Positions 62,467 through 64,000 of a stretch of 64,000 nt of DNA are shown here, one piece after another. This DNA is from Iphione sp. A-MEVVRFRX5 (Eukaryota). The notes below the pieces were generated by a model. That model did not search any database. It had not been told where the DNA came from and was given only the letters and a program-made list of their open reading frames with translations. The number at the start of each line of letters is the position of its first letter. Positions within the stretch are counted from its first letter, which is position 1. The translations under genes were made by a program, and so were the position numbers. Where the stretch lies: the NCBI GenBank assembly GCA_976226885.1, contig OZ320313.1, forward strand, positions 31,186,001 through 31,250,000, read 5' to 3'.

Positions 62467-62739
62467 CTGTGGAAAGTAGCAAAGTGGATGGTGTGTAGAC
62501 AAAATCCTATAGACGTAGTTTGGTTCCTATGTCATTTAACCTACCTTCGAAAATGAATCCCCTGAAGAAATATAACCACCGAACCTAGAATTGAAGGATC
62601 TAATCATTGATTAAGCAAACGTATTTTCAGCTTTGGAGCTGCATAGTGGAGATGTACTCTGTTCTGCCTGCCCAAATCTGTCTGCATAATATGTCCATAG
62701 TGGCCTCCCTGCCCTTGAGCACCTGTTAATGACTCCCGG

Positions 62740-63240
62740 TCTATCCACCTGCACCTGTGCATCCCTGCTACTTACCACCCTGTGCCGACCTGCTAAACCA
62801 CACCAAAGAGCCTACAAATAGTTACTTCTTGACCTTTTTGACGCTCTTTAACCACACCTAATCGCCTGACCAGAGCCTCTCTACACACCCACCCAANNNN
62901 NNNNNNNNNNNNNNNNNNNNNNNNNNNNNNNNNNNNNNNNNNNNNNNNNNNNNNNNNNNNNNNNNNNNNNNNNNNNNNNNNNNNNNNNNNNNNNNNNNNN
63001 NNNNNNNNNNNNNNNNNNNNNNNNNNNNNNNNTGTGTGCGTGTACATTTTCCTAAACCTGGCACCACACTGCCTGCACCCACAGCGGCCTGCCTGCCCCT
63101 TGTTGTCTGCCCACCTGCCAATGCTCTGCTGCCCACACCTTCCAGCCTACCTGCACACAACAACCCACCCACCTACCCACTTGCCTGCCCATAGCCACCC
63201 GTATACTCCTGCCCACCAATCCTCCCACCCCTGCTACTAC
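62740..63240 (+). repeat. Degenerate CCTG/CCAC low-complexity tract flanking an N-run in a REV3L intron
   Basis: Direct reading. Confidence 0.65.
62897..63032. other. N-run, 136 nt, in a REV3L intron
   Basis: Direct reading. Confidence 0.99.
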
Positions 63241-63819
63241 TGCGAAGAGAGAGTGAGTTATTATGAGTTCCTATACCTGGTGCTTACTGTCTGCTCTAAG
63301 AATTGTTTCCCCCACCAACCCTGCCCGAAATGTACACCTAGTGGCAAAATCCGGTCACATCAAACAGTTTTACCCGTTAACCCAGAGGTTTTCAGATAAT
63401 CCATTTAAAAGGTTTGTAGAAAGTGGCCCTAAACCATAAGGTATGTACAAAAAAATCCATTTCATTACAAAGAAACTCCTTTCTCAAACACTTTATGAGG
63501 AGTATATGTATACTTGCACAGCAAATGAATAAGCTGGCCTACCATACAAATGAATATTGGAAATATGAGTGGGCAGGGCAAACAAAGTCAGACAAGAACT
63601 GGGATGTAAGTGACCTATTGTCATCCACATATTATTCAATCAAGTGGAACTAACTGGTTCTACCTGGGTGAGCAGACCCCTTGCATGTCCCAAAGTGCTA
63701 AATTATGTGTGTGTGCATTGTCAGACCTAGAAATCCACAAACTAGGTACATGTATGTTTGTGGGTGTGTTTGGAAAGCAAATTTACCTTAAGAATATTTG
63801 AAATAATATCATAATTACC

Positions 63820-63985
63820 CAGTACCATGGGCCCATATACATGAGTATCATATACCAAAATCAATTCATTTGACCGAAGGGTTTTCAAGTTATAAGACCC
63901 ACAAAACTGTGACAGAGTGTCAGACGGTCAGACAACAGTATTCCTATGGTCCCCCCACCCTTCTCTATGAGATGGGGAACAAAAA
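63820..63985 (+). mobile_element. Probable 3' end of a non-autonomous Helentron-associated (HINE/DINE-1-like) element in a REV3L intron
   Basis: A gacggtcagac microsatellite-like stretch is followed by a terminal GC-rich hairpin (ccc-t-tctc-tat-gaga-t-ggg, 63958-63976) and an A-run. The 5' end was not identified. Confidence 0.4.
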
Positions 63986-64000
63986 GAGACAAGAAGATGG

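Noticed and set aside
39038-63172. ORFs spanning the four N-runs
   Set aside because: They are artefacts of translating N as X.
62640-64000. Further upstream REV3L exons
   Set aside because: No - strand frame matched the expected preceding REV3L peptide (recalled AKEYRG...ALEL). That exon probably lies beyond the window or within the N-run.

Overview
Eukaryotic genomic DNA from a bilaterian invertebrate: spliceosomal introns, microsatellites, MITEs and four N-runs. The species cannot be fixed from sequence alone. Two protein-coding genes are supported, and they lie tail-to-tail. (1) On the + strand is a large NHS-family / GUK-holder-like actin regulator, CDS join(36324..36589, [optional 37602..37625], 40570..41785, 46402..46549, 51717..56667). 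It encodes at least about 2,190 aa and ends in -ETCC. The exon for the N-terminal half of its WAVE-homology domain (WHD) is not visible in the window. (2) On the - strand are the last three coding exons of REV3L (DNA polymerase zeta catalytic subunit), joined in part through a GC-AG intron. Bases 1-36,323 contain no recognisable coding exon and are most simply read as the 5' intron/regulatory region of the NHS-family gene. They hold candidate alternative promoters and first exons, one strong AG|GTAAGT candidate recursive splice site, MITEs and a minisatellite. Best leads: a 24-nt microexon, NHS-REV3L adjacency mirroring a vertebrate paralogon, the ETCC terminus, the recursive-splice candidate, and a CTCF/YY1-like motif cluster between the two genes. 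I found no prokaryotic features, CRISPR array, rRNA or tRNA. Homology calls rest on recalled reference sequences; no database search was run.
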